This document shows, piece after piece, positions 23,523 through 36,231 of a stretch of 64,000 nucleotides of DNA (positions are counted from its first letter, which is position 1; each line of letters opens with the position of its first letter). Under the pieces are notes generated by a model. That model was not told where the DNA came from. It searched no databases and saw nothing but the letters and a program-made list of their open reading frames with translations. The DNA comes from Pseudovirgaria hyperparasitica. Lineage: Eukaryota. The position numbers and the translations under genes are program-made. The stretch lies in assembly GCA_010093815.1 (NCBI GenBank), contig ML996567.1; one strand, given 5' to 3'.

Positions 23523-25465
23523 CTAACCCTCGTGCTGCAACACGTTGCCCCCGCCCATGCCCAAGACGGCCGTCGCAGCCGACCTGGCGAGGCTCCAGTT
23601 ACCAAGCTCTTGCACGTGCGTTTCAAATGCGGGCGCCAGCATCCATCCACCAGAAGCATAGTCGTACGTTATTGTCGATGCCCCGTCAAACGGCCAGTTA
23701 ACTTGACTGGCCGCCAGTACGGTCAGCGCAGGCATAGCTGACCCAGCACACAGAGCTTCGCGCACAGAGGGCCTGTTCAGAGTGGTTAGCGACTTAGTCT
23801 CTTGGTGGTGACCAGATGTGGCGGCACATACCATGGGATAAAGTTGACGAGGGAGTCTGGGAAGCTCGTCGCTTGGCTATACGTCGGTTGCAGCCAGTCG
23901 GGCAGGTACACAGACGTATACGCCGGCGCTATGGTGGCGCGCAGGACATGTGACATGATCCAGGCGATTCCACAGCGGTCAGCGTGGAGGTGAGCTGGTA
24001 GCGCCATAGACGCAAGCTTTGCAGAGAAGGTCGCGATGGGGTCGTCGTTGCTGGTTGGAATGGCTGTCGGCTGCATGATGGGCCCAATGTCGACGCCAGA
24101 GGGACCAAGTACGATGTTTGGGTCGTGGCCGGCGGCGATGTCGGCTTGTTTCGCGTGCTGGTAGCGGTCGACTATGCGTGAAAGTTCGGAGACAAGTGTG
24201 GCGGAGGCCGGGCCGGCTGAATTTGCGGACGATGAAGGGAGCACGGAGGTCGGGCCTCGGAGTCGCGAGCTCCGGGACGGGTTCGTACGGGCATTTGGAC
24301 GGGCATATGGATCGTACCGCTTCCTCTCGGTGGCAGGAGGATTGGGAGTAGTAGCCCCTCGCGGAGGACGCACATGTTGTCTGGTCTCTGCCACAGGCTG
24401 TGGATCTAGTACTCCTACTTGTTGGTACTCCAAAGGATAGGTCGTCAGCTCCGTCTTCGTGTCCAGAACAGGGCCCGTAGTAACAAAAGCGCCCGGATTC
24501 ATCATGTTGACGGGATGCAGGGCTTCTGTGATGCCTTGCACAGGACTGGGTATGGTTGAGACGGTGGCAGGAATAGAGAGTGGCGATGGTATGAAGTTAT
24601 GACCGTGTCTGGCGGTAGCGCTGTCCGGGCGCGAAACCGTTGGTGACAGGTATGGAGATTCTGTCGGTGGTCGGGTCTTCAACTGCGGACTTTCGGTAGG
24701 TATGACAGAAGAGCCGTAGTACGATGGATTTTGTGGTAATGAAGAGGCGGCATGGATACCACTGACAGGTGTCGTATTGCTCGTGAGTCCACTTTCGCCA
24801 CTTCTCTCGGCAACTGTACTTGCATCTCCAGGTGAGCCTTCGCTCTTGGAAGGAGACATTGTTGGGATGGTATCGACGCCGTGGTGCAACATGTAGCTCA
24901 GCTGGTCAGGCCTGTAGCGTTCAAAGCCATTTGCTTGGATCTCCGAAGCGATAGTAATGGCAGTTTGTTGATTTGACGCGGAGACAAGAGCAGGTAGCAA
25001 GTCCCGGAGTGCTTTGAACATGTCTCGCAGTTCCTTTGCAGACCGCTCATTCTCTGTCGCATCATAAAAGCAGTCTGACCGGCGCTGGATGCATGCAGCA
25101 CATTGCGGCCGACCTCCGTTGCACTGTCGATACTTGTCAGACTATTCACTGGCGAGGATGGATGTTGTAACAGACCTTGGACTTTCTCTTTCTGCATGGC
25201 GCACACGCGACTGTTGTGATCTTGCTTCGTGGCTTGATTGGCTTACCCGGATTCGAGACTGGCGATGGCTGGTTCGGATCGGTCAAGGCTGTACGCACGG
25301 AAGCAGATTGTGCTAGCGGGCGTAGGCCAGTGGCGGAAGGTGGTGACCTGTTGCGAAGTGACGTGCTCTCCCGTGGAGCGGGACGAGAAGGTGGTGGGCC
25401 GACCAAATATTGTGGTGAGGGTGAGTCGGTCTCCGGGGCTTGGGAAACGTCCACATATGGCAGTC
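23523..25465 (-). CDS. Zn(II)2Cys6 transcription factor with C-terminal DUF3425-like domain (true start unresolved, probably upstream)
   Basis: Zn cluster ACAPCRKRKSK|CNGGRPQCAACIQRRSDCFY is split by intron 25175-25124. Intron 23831-23773 gives NFIPWPSVREAL...VNWPF...APAFETHVQELGNWSL, a DUF3425-type pattern. An acceptor lies at about 25466. Confidence 0.8.
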
Positions 25466-27070
25466 TGCGAGACAGAAAACTGTCAGTCCAAAATCATGTT
25501 GTTGCATTGCATGTGAGGGCATGGAGAGCTTGTGTGCACTGTACTGCATTGCTGCGGGAGGAAAGGGCCTGGGACATTTTCCGTAGTCGAGTGTAGTAGC
25601 CGATTGGGACGTTCCGAAGAGGCTCCTGGTGGAGAGTATTGTCATCCTGATCTGGAGGCACGAGGATTGTTCCCAGGCATAGATGCCAGTCCAGAGTCAA
25701 CTTGAGTGTATTCAACGATCCGCCTTTCCTGACGAGTAAGTAAGCCATAACAACAGATGTGGGATTTGTTGGTATAACAAACATACGGTACCCCAACAAG
25801 CAGACAGACTGACAACTTGGACATGTCTGTCCACTGCGGTGGCTGGTGGATCCGAGTCCTGGTCCAGAAATTTCAATTCCATAGTTCTCGTGCAGTTCAT
25901 CCAAGATTGCATGAAAACAAAGAGCCCTGAGGAGTACAGTGCAGGTACAGGCAGGTATCGAGGATGGCAGAGTGAAGCGGTGGGGACTGTCTTACCTTTG
26001 ATGTTCCGTAGAATCGGCGTCAAGATGGGTTGGCGATAGAGAGTAGCCTCCTGGACGGCTGTTTGCAGGATATTGATATGTTTCGGAGAGAGTGGGCAGT
26101 GCATTAGGAACGTATTGTGGATATGGACCTGCAACGGTCAGTAAGATGCTCGCAGGACACTGAATCAGTGGGGAGGCGACGGACTAGTGATAGGTGACAT
26201 GCTGGAAAGGCGAAGACTGGGCCGCAAAAGATGCAATATGGAAGAATGGCATAAAAAGGAAATGTAGGAAAGAAGCGAGTGGGGTATCTAGATGCAGAAA
26301 GACATGAACTCCACACCCAAAAAAACAAGGACGGAAAGGAGGGACAGGGAGGACAATTAAAAGAGAGATGGGATATCCATGCCCAGAGCCTTAGTTGGGA
26401 GGGATGACAGTCAGGCAGGAAGGATGAGGTAGAAGTAGAGTAGAGAGATATGTAGTCGAGCCCAGTGTAGGCAGGCCGGAGCGGTCTTTGAACCCAGCGA
26501 GATTATGAGATATGTAGGGCTCAGTACCTTAGGGCCCCGGTAGGGCCAGGTAGAGATAGGGCATCGAGACTAACCAGAAGTGTATGGCAAGTAAGTACTG
26601 GGTTAGGATGCATGGAGAGCTAAGAATTGGAATGCCTGCCAAAGACGTTTCTAGCGTGCATCTGAGGTATCGGGTCACGGACCCTGGCACGCGCTGGCCG
26701 TAACGGCGGAAAACCTTGTTTCTACGTTGGAGACTGACGCTTGACAGTCGGAGCCACAATGCCAAGTCTGGGTTGAGAGGAAGAGGTTTGAAAGGCAAAA
26801 CAGGCCGGCGTGCACAGTTCAGCATCCTGACGTAAGTGAAGTGGCCTGTCCACGGATGTTGCTGGGAGTATGGGAAGGTTGGAAGGTAGTAGTTAGTAGA
26901 AAGCAGGTTGTAGTCACATAATTAGGTGTTAGAGTATCTAAGATGGGCAGCAGTAGGTAGTGAAGCATGTCGGATAGCGGCGCGGTTTCTAGAGAGGAGG
27001 TAAAGCGAAGAGCGGCAGGGAGAGCATAGGGATCACGAGACAAGAAAGAAAACACTGACATTCACTTGCG

Positions 27071-27110
27071 TTATTGTTGTTGTTATTATTGTTGTGGTCG
27101 TGGTGGTCAT
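27071..27110. repeat. Degenerate (TTG/TTA/TGG) trinucleotide tract
   Basis: ttattgttgttgttattattgttgtggtcgtggtggtc in the long intergenic region. Confidence 0.7.
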
Positions 27111-30100
27111 GGTAGCAGCAAGATTGCAGTGTTGCAAGTCTGGAACTGTGACTGTATGGAGAAGGAACAACACGTCTGGGGGAAGGAAGGCACGAACACC
27201 GGGGCAGCTCGTGGGCAGAAGTCGTGCCGAGATAACGCCTTCTTCCGGCCTGTGGGTTAAGGCACGAGCATCAGCACGAGCAGCAACAGCAAGCAGCGCA
27301 TAAACTCTCGCTCTCCTGTCAATCTCTCTCAGAAATTGAAGTCTGTTCTCGGTGAATGCGTTGACTAGGTCGTCTGATGTTCTGGAAGCACGGCAAAATG
27401 GTCCGAGAAAGAGGCAGACAGAGAGCAAGGGCCGAGGTTGGCAGCTGGATGGATGATTGATGGTTGATGCTGGATGCTGTAGTATGCCGGTTAGAGGTGC
27501 TATTCCGAAGCCTGACTAGTCCACTATCGTTGGGCAGCGGGGGAGCCGGGGCAGCTTTACTAGCGAAACTCAAGTACCTGGGTGCGTACAGTACATACCG
27601 CCACTCTCACCTTTCTCAGCCTCACCTCTCAGGCACAACAAGGACGAGGATGCCCAAGGGCGCGAAAAGAGGCAGATCGCCAGAGCTACTGTGTCAGACT
27701 TCTCACACCATAACACACCATCTCAAATAGAGGCAGAAGAACGAAGAGTTTCGCCATCTCAGGGTCCGACGATCCCTTTATTCATCCTCCTCGAGACAGT
27801 CAGATCCTGCCCGCCGATCCCCTGGCTACCCAACGCGTGTGCTGCTGACAGCTTGGGCACCTCGTCGTCGTCGTCGTCGTTGACGTGGCCATACTAGTAA
27901 CAAGGGGTACATTCAAGATTCGAGAACACTGATAGTCGTAGACAGGATAGTGGACTATTACCATTCAACCTGCAGCAGGCTTCATTGTCTCAGTGGTGAC
28001 CCTTGAGTTCTTCACGACGGCGAACCTTCCATCTCTCTCCACTTCGTCTCCCCCAGATCTCTCCACCAGCGCGTTTCGGGCCTAGCGTCATCGCAGCCCA
28101 TGACCCACCCGTACCTTCCAAGCTCAGTCAGTACCTGCCTGCAACGTCCCGCGGGCTAAGAAAGCGCGACTTAGATTTGCTGATTATGCTGATTGTGTTG
28201 ATTGTGCTGCTTTGGGCATCGGATGGTCTGCGTGTGAGTGAGTGGATTCTCTGTTTTGGCCAGCGTGTCTGAATTCCAGCATCCATTCAACGAATTAACT
28301 TCATCATATGCATGCTGTGTGGCTTTCCTCGTGACATGCTCATACTACAGTATCTCGCCCTACGCCACAACAGGACAGACAGACAATATTGATTACTTTT
28401 GGGCTGCCATTACTTGGGCTCACCACCCACCAGATCGTCTCTCTAGAGCGAGCTCCTCCTCCTAATCAGTGTGCAGCATCCTGATCTGGTCTTGACTGTA
28501 CGCCCACATGTTCATCGACGCGAATTATCATCAAGTGACCGAACGTATGTTCTGATTACTACCGGTCTTTTGCATGGATCATGGATGATGCTCGCTGTCT
28601 GCTGTTCGCCCTCCTGCCCTTCATCCACACCATCAACAGCCATTGACGTTCCTGCACGGGCATCCTCGTGGTCGTGGTCGTATTCAATTATTAACAACAT
28701 CAGATCCAGGACTCAAACACGTCCCGTTCACTGCTGCCACAAGAGCTATCTATAGTGCATAACACTGTACGTGCTCCCGCCCTGAGATGCTGTCTGTGTG
28801 GCGGGGAACCCTTGAGAAAGCCACCCTCATTTCCCCTTTCTATACATAGTATGCCTTGCGCCACCAGACGACCAAGCTTTTAACTTCCGATCATGTCTAG
28901 TCAGTTAGTTAGTGCTCCCCGGCGGTCCCTCATCCCATTCCAGGTTAATATCTAATATTCGCGCCGTCCGTTCTGCGCCAAAAGCCGCCAATCGTGCGTC
29001 CATTGATCAATAATTACAATTCATTCGGCTGCTGCTGCTATTTGGTTAGATACCCGCTAGCTAGTGCTGCTGCTCTCCCCCTCGTTCATACACTACAGAC
29101 GGGGATCGCGGAACTGTGGCCGAGGTACATAACACACTGTCTGGCCTCCATCTTGTCTTCGTCAACCTTACTGCCTTACAAACAGACCACTCTGCCACCT
29201 TTGCGCCGTTGACCCTATCAGAGTTACCTACCCTCCAATTGCCCATTCCCATGAATACTTCCTAATCACTGCCCATACACAATCTATTCTTGCCACGGCA
29301 TCTGCCATAAACTCCCTCTTTCTCTGCTCTACTGACGTGCGCCAATTTGATTGCCTAATAGTAATGATAATGTCCTTGTATCACTCTCCATCGACTACTG
29401 CCCATGTCCCTGCACGCACCGCCGATGTCGGGTCTGGGGTGAACGATACATCCATGAACATCGCATGGCATGCCATTATTCCCGTCCCTCTCGATCGCCC
29501 CAACTCCTCTCTTCCCAGCTGCATCGTACCAAATTTATCTTTGCACACTGGGCTCCTGTCTACCTGATCAGTCTGACTGAGTGAACCTGACTTGCAGTGG
29601 TAGAAATTCGCTTGACCTGCCACGAATTGACTTGCGCGAAATGGCCAAAAAAAAATATGAAAAATTGTGCATGGCTGCAGGCAGATCCGTGTGTTGCTCT
29701 CCCATGAACGGTGAGTTGCAGCATCTCCCGAAGAGCCTCATGTCTCATGTTTCCATCTGCATGGGACTAATCCGCTGCAGAGCTCTCGTACTCGTACCTG
29801 TGTGCTGGTTCTAGGATGACAGGCCTTGCATGCTTGACGCGACCTATCCGAAACAAATCGATGAGTACACATGCTGTTTATTCACTAATTAACAGTCGTC
29901 GTCGTCTTTATACTCGGCGATATTATATGGCAGACACGTTGTTAATGACTGCCGAACATAAGCCGAAGCGCCCTCCTCGCTTCTACCAGCCAACTTAGCT
30001 CTAGTTGTGTCCTTCAACAACAACAACTCTCGCCCTGCAATCAGTGAATAGTCTCCATCACAACACTGCACGTCAAATCACCTGTGTCTAATCCGCCATC

Positions 30101-30129
30101 TCGTTGCATTGCATTAACCGTATCGAATC

Positions 30130-32066
30130 ATGGCTTTCTCTGCGGAGAACAAAGGTACGCCGACCTTTTACGACATGTCAGGTCACGTTTCACTCACGCC
30201 CTACCAAGCAGGCCGCCAAGATATTCCTTCACCGCAGACCGCGGAAGCTGAGTACCAAGCAGAGAAGAAACGCAAAGGTCAGTGCGCTCTCTATCCCTGT
30301 CTGTCTCTATACTGATAGCTAACACTCCCTTAGAAGATGAGAAGATGGTCGAGTGGCTCAGAGCTGAGGACAGCGACTCGGATGATGGCGACATGTTCGG
30401 CGGCTACTTTGATGCCGAACCCAAGCTGCCAAAGGAGAAGAAATCAAAGAACTTAGGTCCCGTGAAGCCAATGCCTCTAGAACGTCACATTGAGACTGAT
30501 GATCACGAGGCTTACTACAAGTTCTTCAAGCACGAGCTCATGCACAACCGCTATCACATCGTCGAGAAATTAGGTAAGGGCTCCTACGCCACCGTCGTCA
30601 GAGCCCTTGACACCACCCAGAACCAGAAGGTCGTCGCCATCAAGATCATTCGCAAGAATGGCATGATGGCCGACAAGGCCCGTGACGAAATTGACATCCT
30701 TCGCAAGATCAAGGACTGGTGTGTCGTGCATCCCGAGGATCAGCAGTATCTCGTCGAGTTCCTCGATACCTTCACCCACAGACAGCACATCTGTATCATT
30801 TTTGAAAACATGGGTTACAACTTGCGTGACGTGCTTACTAAGTCGAAGGGCGGCCATGACACCGGCCTCAACATCGATGCTGTCCGGATATTTGCCAAAC
30901 AGCTCTTCACCTCCCTCCGTGTGATGAAGGATCTCGACCTTGTCCACGGCGATTTGAAACCTGACAACATCCTCATGAATCCAGGCGATCGACCAGAGTA
31001 CATCAAGCTTGCCGATTTTGGCACCACATTCAAGCATCGTCTCCATAACGAGTCCGAGAAATACGACATGCGTGGCGAGCTGGGCTCTCGCTTCTACAGA
31101 CCACCAGAGGTCATCCTGGGCATAGAATGGGGCTACGATATGGACATCTGGGCCGCTGGCTGTACCCTTTTCGAAATCTTCACCGGCAAGATCCTGTTCA
31201 CCGGCATGGACAACGCCGAGATGCTATACCAGATCATGAAGACGACCGGCCACATTTCGCGGAAGTACTACCGCCAAGGCGTCTTCTTCCGACAGTACTT
31301 TGACGACGACGTGCACGCAGTCTTCCACATGCGCAAGGTCAACGAAAAGGGCAACGTAAGTACATCCACTCTACATACCCACTCCAACACGCACTAACCT
31401 CCACAGCTCGTCACAAATTCTTACGCAAACTTGGGCCCCAAAACACCAACATCTCCAGAGTCCCTCCTAACCAAACTCCGTGCCGCCGCCGCTGATCCAA
31501 ACGACCGCAAGGAAGCCGAAAAGATTGAGATGCTCGCCGACCTCTTGTCTAAATGCCTGCACTTCAACCACGACAAGCGCATCGGCCCGCACGGTTCTCT
31601 CCAGCACCCCTTTATCGTCGGCAAGACCGCCCCCGCCCCCAAGAAACCTGCCAGGCCCCTCTTCACGCCCTCGGCCGTAGGCCAAAAGGACCGCCTCCTT
31701 GCCGAGCGTGCGAGAGAGAAGAAGCGCGCTGAGGCTATGCAGCGTGGTTACGCCCGTCAGGCCGCCGCCGCGGCGGAGGAGGCTCGGCAGCGGCAGGAAC
31801 TGCAAGAACAGCAACAGCAGCAGCAACAGCAAGAACTACAAGAACTGCAAGAACTGCAGCAACAGCAACAACAACAACAGCAAGAACTGCAGCAACAGCA
31901 GAGACAACAGCAACAGCAAGAACAAGCGGCGGCGGTGGCAGCAGCAGCAGCAACGGAGAAGAAGCGCAAGGCTCTACACGCCCACCAAGACTCCGACGAT
32001 TCAGACCTACCACACAGGAAGAAAGGTGCCTTTGTCTTTGGCTTCAAGCCCATCGACGAGGCCTGA
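30130..32066 (+). CDS. CMGC protein kinase, divergent Prp4/DYRK-like, with poly-Q C-terminal tail
   Basis: Exons 30130-30277 (possible in-frame intron 30155-30208/30211), 30334-31355, 31407-32066. Motifs GKGSYATVVRA, VAIKIIR, HGDLKPDNIL, DFG, SRFYRPPEVILG and TGKILFTG align best with Prp4 kinases. Confidence 0.85.
31790..31950 (+). repeat. CAG/CAA poly-Gln and GCG/GCA poly-Ala coding repeats
   Basis: Encodes RQELQEQQQQQQQQELQELQELQQQQQQQQQELQQQQRQQQQQEQAAAVAAAA. Confidence 0.9.
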
Positions 32067-32124
32067 TGTTTAGTGTGGTCGGTGTAGCTCCAGTATTGGA
32101 AATTCAGTAGGTGTCTATAGCTTG

Positions 32125-32340
32125 TAAAAGGAAAGGAAAGGAAGGAAAAGTAAAGGAGGAGAGAAAATGTAATAATAAATAGCATAGCATAGCATAGCAT
32201 GGCATGGCAGAGCACAACATGGCATGGCATGGTATATGAAGCATAGCACATGGCGTTTGGAGAAGGTGGGAGGTTCTTTGTATAGTATAGCGTGGCCTGT
32301 AGCTTGTAGCAACATAGAGCAACATAGAGCAACATATAGC
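32125..32340. repeat. Low-complexity repeat cluster: (GAAAG)n, (AGCAT)4/(GGCAT)n, (AGCAACATAG)~3
   Basis: Directly visible tandem units between the convergent kinase and transhydrogenase 3' ends. Confidence 0.85.
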
Positions 32341-32675
32341 TAGCAGGATAGCAAGCGGCGTAGCATACGCGTTGCTATGGCGTATGGGCTATCGACATGG
32401 CTATATATATCAATGTCTGCGTTGTTTGTGTTGTCTGTCTGTTATGCTCACGTAAACACACGACTTGGACAGATGATGTGTTATTCTTGTGTTGTTATGT
32501 GATCGTGCGATGGAGGTGTATCATATGGTACTACCCCCCTCTCTCTCTCTCTCATATATTCAACTCAGCTCAGATCAATCCAGCTCAACCCAGCATCCAA
32601 CCCACACGCGCCCGAAAATCCAACGCCAGCCGAAAGAAAAATGCAAAGAATGCACGACCCACCATCCACCAACCA

Positions 32676-35600
32676 TCAAACATCATACTCCTTCGCCCTT
32701 GCATCCAGCGCCGCACGGATAGCATCACAACTCTCGCGCGCATCGCCAAACAACATCTTCGTACCCGGCATATAGAACATCGGATTCGGCACATCCGCAT
32801 ACCCACTCGCCATCCCACGCTTCATCACGACCGTACTCTTACTCTTCCACGCATGCAGCACGGGCATGCCCGCGATCGGACTATTCCGCTCCAGCGCAAT
32901 CGGATTAACGGTATCATTCGCACCAATGACGAGCGTGACGTCCGTGTCCGGGAAATCGTCGTTGATTTCGTCCATTTCGAGGACGATGTCGTAGGGGACG
33001 GATGCTTCGGCAAGGAGGACGTTGCATTGGCCCGGCATGCGGCCAGCGACCGGGTGGATTGCGAAGCGGACGTTTATGCCGCGGCTGCGGAGGGTTTGGG
33101 TGAAGGCTGCGATTGCGTACTGGGCTTTTGCGACGGCCATGCCGTAGCCTACGACGATGATGACGGATTCGGCGTTCGCAAGGAGGTCGACGGTGTCGTC
33201 GATGCTGGCTTTTGTGATTTCGCCGTCGACTTTGAAGTCTGTTTGGGCGGGGGCCGATATGCCGCCGAAGAGCACGTTTGTGAGGGAGCGGTTCATGGCG
33301 ACGCACTGGGAGGGAAGGGGTTAGGTCGCGGTGCGGGAAGGAGGAAAAGAGGAAAGAATAGGGGACATACCATGATGTAGGAGAGGATGGAGCCGCTCAC
33401 GCCGATGAGGGCACCCACGCTGGTTAGCAGCGGGTTGTCGAGCATGAAGCCTTCTGCGACGAGGGCGAAACCTGAGTAGGCGTTGAGAACGGTGATGACA
33501 ACGGCTTAGACATTTGTTAGAACCAGATTTCTCTGCAGACAACATGACATGACCTACGCATATCGGCTCCTCCAATTGCCGCTGTCGTGGTATACCCCTT
33601 CAGGAAACTAAGTGCTGTGCTTGTGCCCAGAGCTGCAGCAGCAACAACCGGTGCTCCGGGCGCCATGGTGATGAAAGCGCCCATCGTAGCAACATTAGCC
33701 GCGAGGAGACCTCCATTGATGGCGTGCTTCCCAGGCAGGATTGTAGGCTTAGAGGACATCCTGCCCGCCAGTTTCATAAACGCAACAAGAGAGCCTGTAA
33801 AAGTAACGCCGCCTAAATCCAGTCAGCACGTAGCCTTCATGAGAACACCCAACAAGAGACTTGCCAATGACAACTCCTAGATATGCCGACACGAGATGCA
33901 ATGTAGAAACATGGTCAATGCCGCCCAGCACACTACCAATACTCGTCAGGACCGCAGCCAGACCAACAACAGAGTGTAGAAGAGCTACTGTCTGAGGCAG
34001 GCTGATGGGCGAAACACGAGATCCAAAGACAGCACCAATCATGCCGCCAATACCAGCTAGTCCAGCAAACTGCACAAGCACCTCCATCGAGAATCCCACA
34101 GCATGGAGCGATGCAAGGATACCTGTGCTGACACCAAGCATGCCAAGAACATTGCCTTGCCTCGCCGATGTCATCGAGGAGAGGCTCTGGATAGACGTCA
34201 TACAGAGGACACTGCTGAGAAGATAACCCCCCTGCACAAGCCCTGCAGCTCCAGTCGTGGCAGCTGCAAGATACCCGCCACCGAAAAGCAGTGCAGGAAC
34301 ACTATACAACCAGGGATACTCCGGAGGATCAGTAGGCCGCTTGAACATGTCAAGCATCCGTTTCGTTATAACGAACCCTCCCGAGATGTTCATGAAAGCC
34401 AAAAGTACCGATGCCGCTCCAAGGGCTTGAGGGATCGTCTCTGGGAAGAATCCGCCGCCCATCACGAACAGACCGCCGATACCCACCATTCCGGAGATCG
34501 CGTTGGTGACGCTCATCAGTGGTGAGTGCAGAGCAGGCTGTACTCCCCAGACTGCACGATAGCCGATCATACCAGACAGTGCGAAGATGAACGTGTTGCC
34601 CATGAACACGGGTCCTGTTGCTTTGGCAAGTCCAAGAACAGTCCCCATACCGCCCGTCACCAACGCAACTTCACGCGACGTCTTCTGCCATGGCGTCAAC
34701 GCCACTGCAACGGTCTCAGGGGTGACAGTAGCCCCTGCATTTGAAGATGATTGAGGAGGCGTAGGTGGGACTGGTCTTGGAGCAGGCGGGATGATGTCGC
34801 CGTTCTGAGTGACGATGGAACCGCGAACCACCTCGTCTTCAAAGTCAATGCCGAAATGCTTCTCCTGGGGATTCATGGAAAGAAGAAACTTGGTGATGTT
34901 GTTTGAATATAGCGTAGATGACTGTGTGGGGAGCCGTGAAGGAAGATCAGTGTACCCAATAATCGTAGCGTCCTTGTATGTCGCGACTTGTCCAGGAACT
35001 GTGGCCTCACAATTGCCCCCTGCCTCTGCTGCTAGGTCCACAACGACTGAACCAGGTCTCATAGCTGCCACCATCTCGTTGGTGATGAGCTTCGGGGCGG
35101 GCTTTCCGGGGATCAGAGCTGTAGTGATGATGATATCAACTTCCTGTGCCTGTTCCATGAACAGCTTCATTTCGGCTTCAATGAACTCTTTCGACATGAC
35201 TTTTGCATATCCTCCCGCTCCGTCGCCCGACTCTTGAATTTCTACTTCAATGAACTCCGCACCAAGCGACTGGACCTGCTCTCGTGCAGCCGATCGTGTA
35301 TCAAACCCGCGCACAATTGCACCCATGCGGCGAGCTGTTGCAATGGCACTCAGTCCAGCCACACCAGCACCGATTACCAATACCTTACAGGGCGGGATCT
35401 TGCCAGCGGCCGTGACTTGTCCAGTCAAGAATCTTCCAAAGTGGTTGGAAGCTTCCAGCACAGCTTTATATCCAGCAATATTAGCCATGGAGCTCAGAGC
35501 ATCGAACACCTGCGCGCGTGAGATCCGAGGTATCATGTCCATGGCGAAACTTGTGCTTCCTCGACTTGCGATCTTGGCTACGAGATCTTTGTTTCTGGCT

Positions 35601-36231
35601 GGATAGAGAAACGAGATGATAACACCACCATCACGGAGCTGACGGACCTCATTGCCTTCGCCTCCGTCGGTGGGAGGGCGCACTTTGAGGAGGACATCAC
35701 TTTGTGACCAGATCTCCCCCGGTCCGACGAGGGTAGCGCCAGCCTGCTTGTATGCCTCGTCTGTAAATTGAGCTTCAGCACCAGCTCCACGCTCGACGAG
35801 CACTCGTTGGAAGCCTTTCTTGAGCAGCAAGGCTGTATTCTGAGGCGTCAAAGCGACACGACGCTCGCCAGGATAAATTTCACGAACCACACCAACGGTA
35901 AGCTCGGAGTATGGACGAGGTGGATGCGAGGGACTCGGTGGCGTGTGAGTCGTCTGATCTGGAGTCTCGGTGGCATATCCTGTATACTTTATCAAGCTCG
36001 TACAGGGATGAGGAATCGTCCAACACTTGGGTTGTGGCCAATGCTGGGCTAGGACGCGAAGAGCCCTTGAGTGCGCGACTGCTCATGTTCATGTTAGCTT
36101 TCTGCCAACGATGCAAGTTTGCACTAAGACTCACCATAGAGTGACGACGCTGAGCGTTGCAGTAGCTCTCCTCGTGAGTGCGTGCTTGCTCCGTACCGCC
36201 TCAATGCCGGCCGGACGCCAGTGAGTATCAT
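32676..36231 (-). CDS. NNT: Mitochondrial proton-translocating NAD(P) transhydrogenase (alpha-beta fusion)
   Basis: Exons 36231-36135, 36078-33865, 33812-33558, 33504-33371, 33305-32676. NAD site [13 protein letters not shown], membrane segment [19 protein letters not shown] domain [28 protein letters not shown] and VIGANDTVN. The N-terminus is Arg/Ser-rich and presequence-like. Confidence 0.97.

Noticed and set aside
28465..28535. Possible C/D snoRNA on minus (TGATGA...CTGA, about 70 nt)
   Set aside because: No terminal stem, and I could not recognise an rRNA-complementary guide. A snoscan/Rfam run would be decisive.
31757..32335. Cys-rich 'metallothionein-like' - strand ORF
   Set aside because: It is only the reverse complement of the kinase poly-Q repeat plus microsatellites.
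32397..33380. 327-aa + strand ORF
   Set aside because: Antisense to the GC-rich last NNT exon and its UTR.
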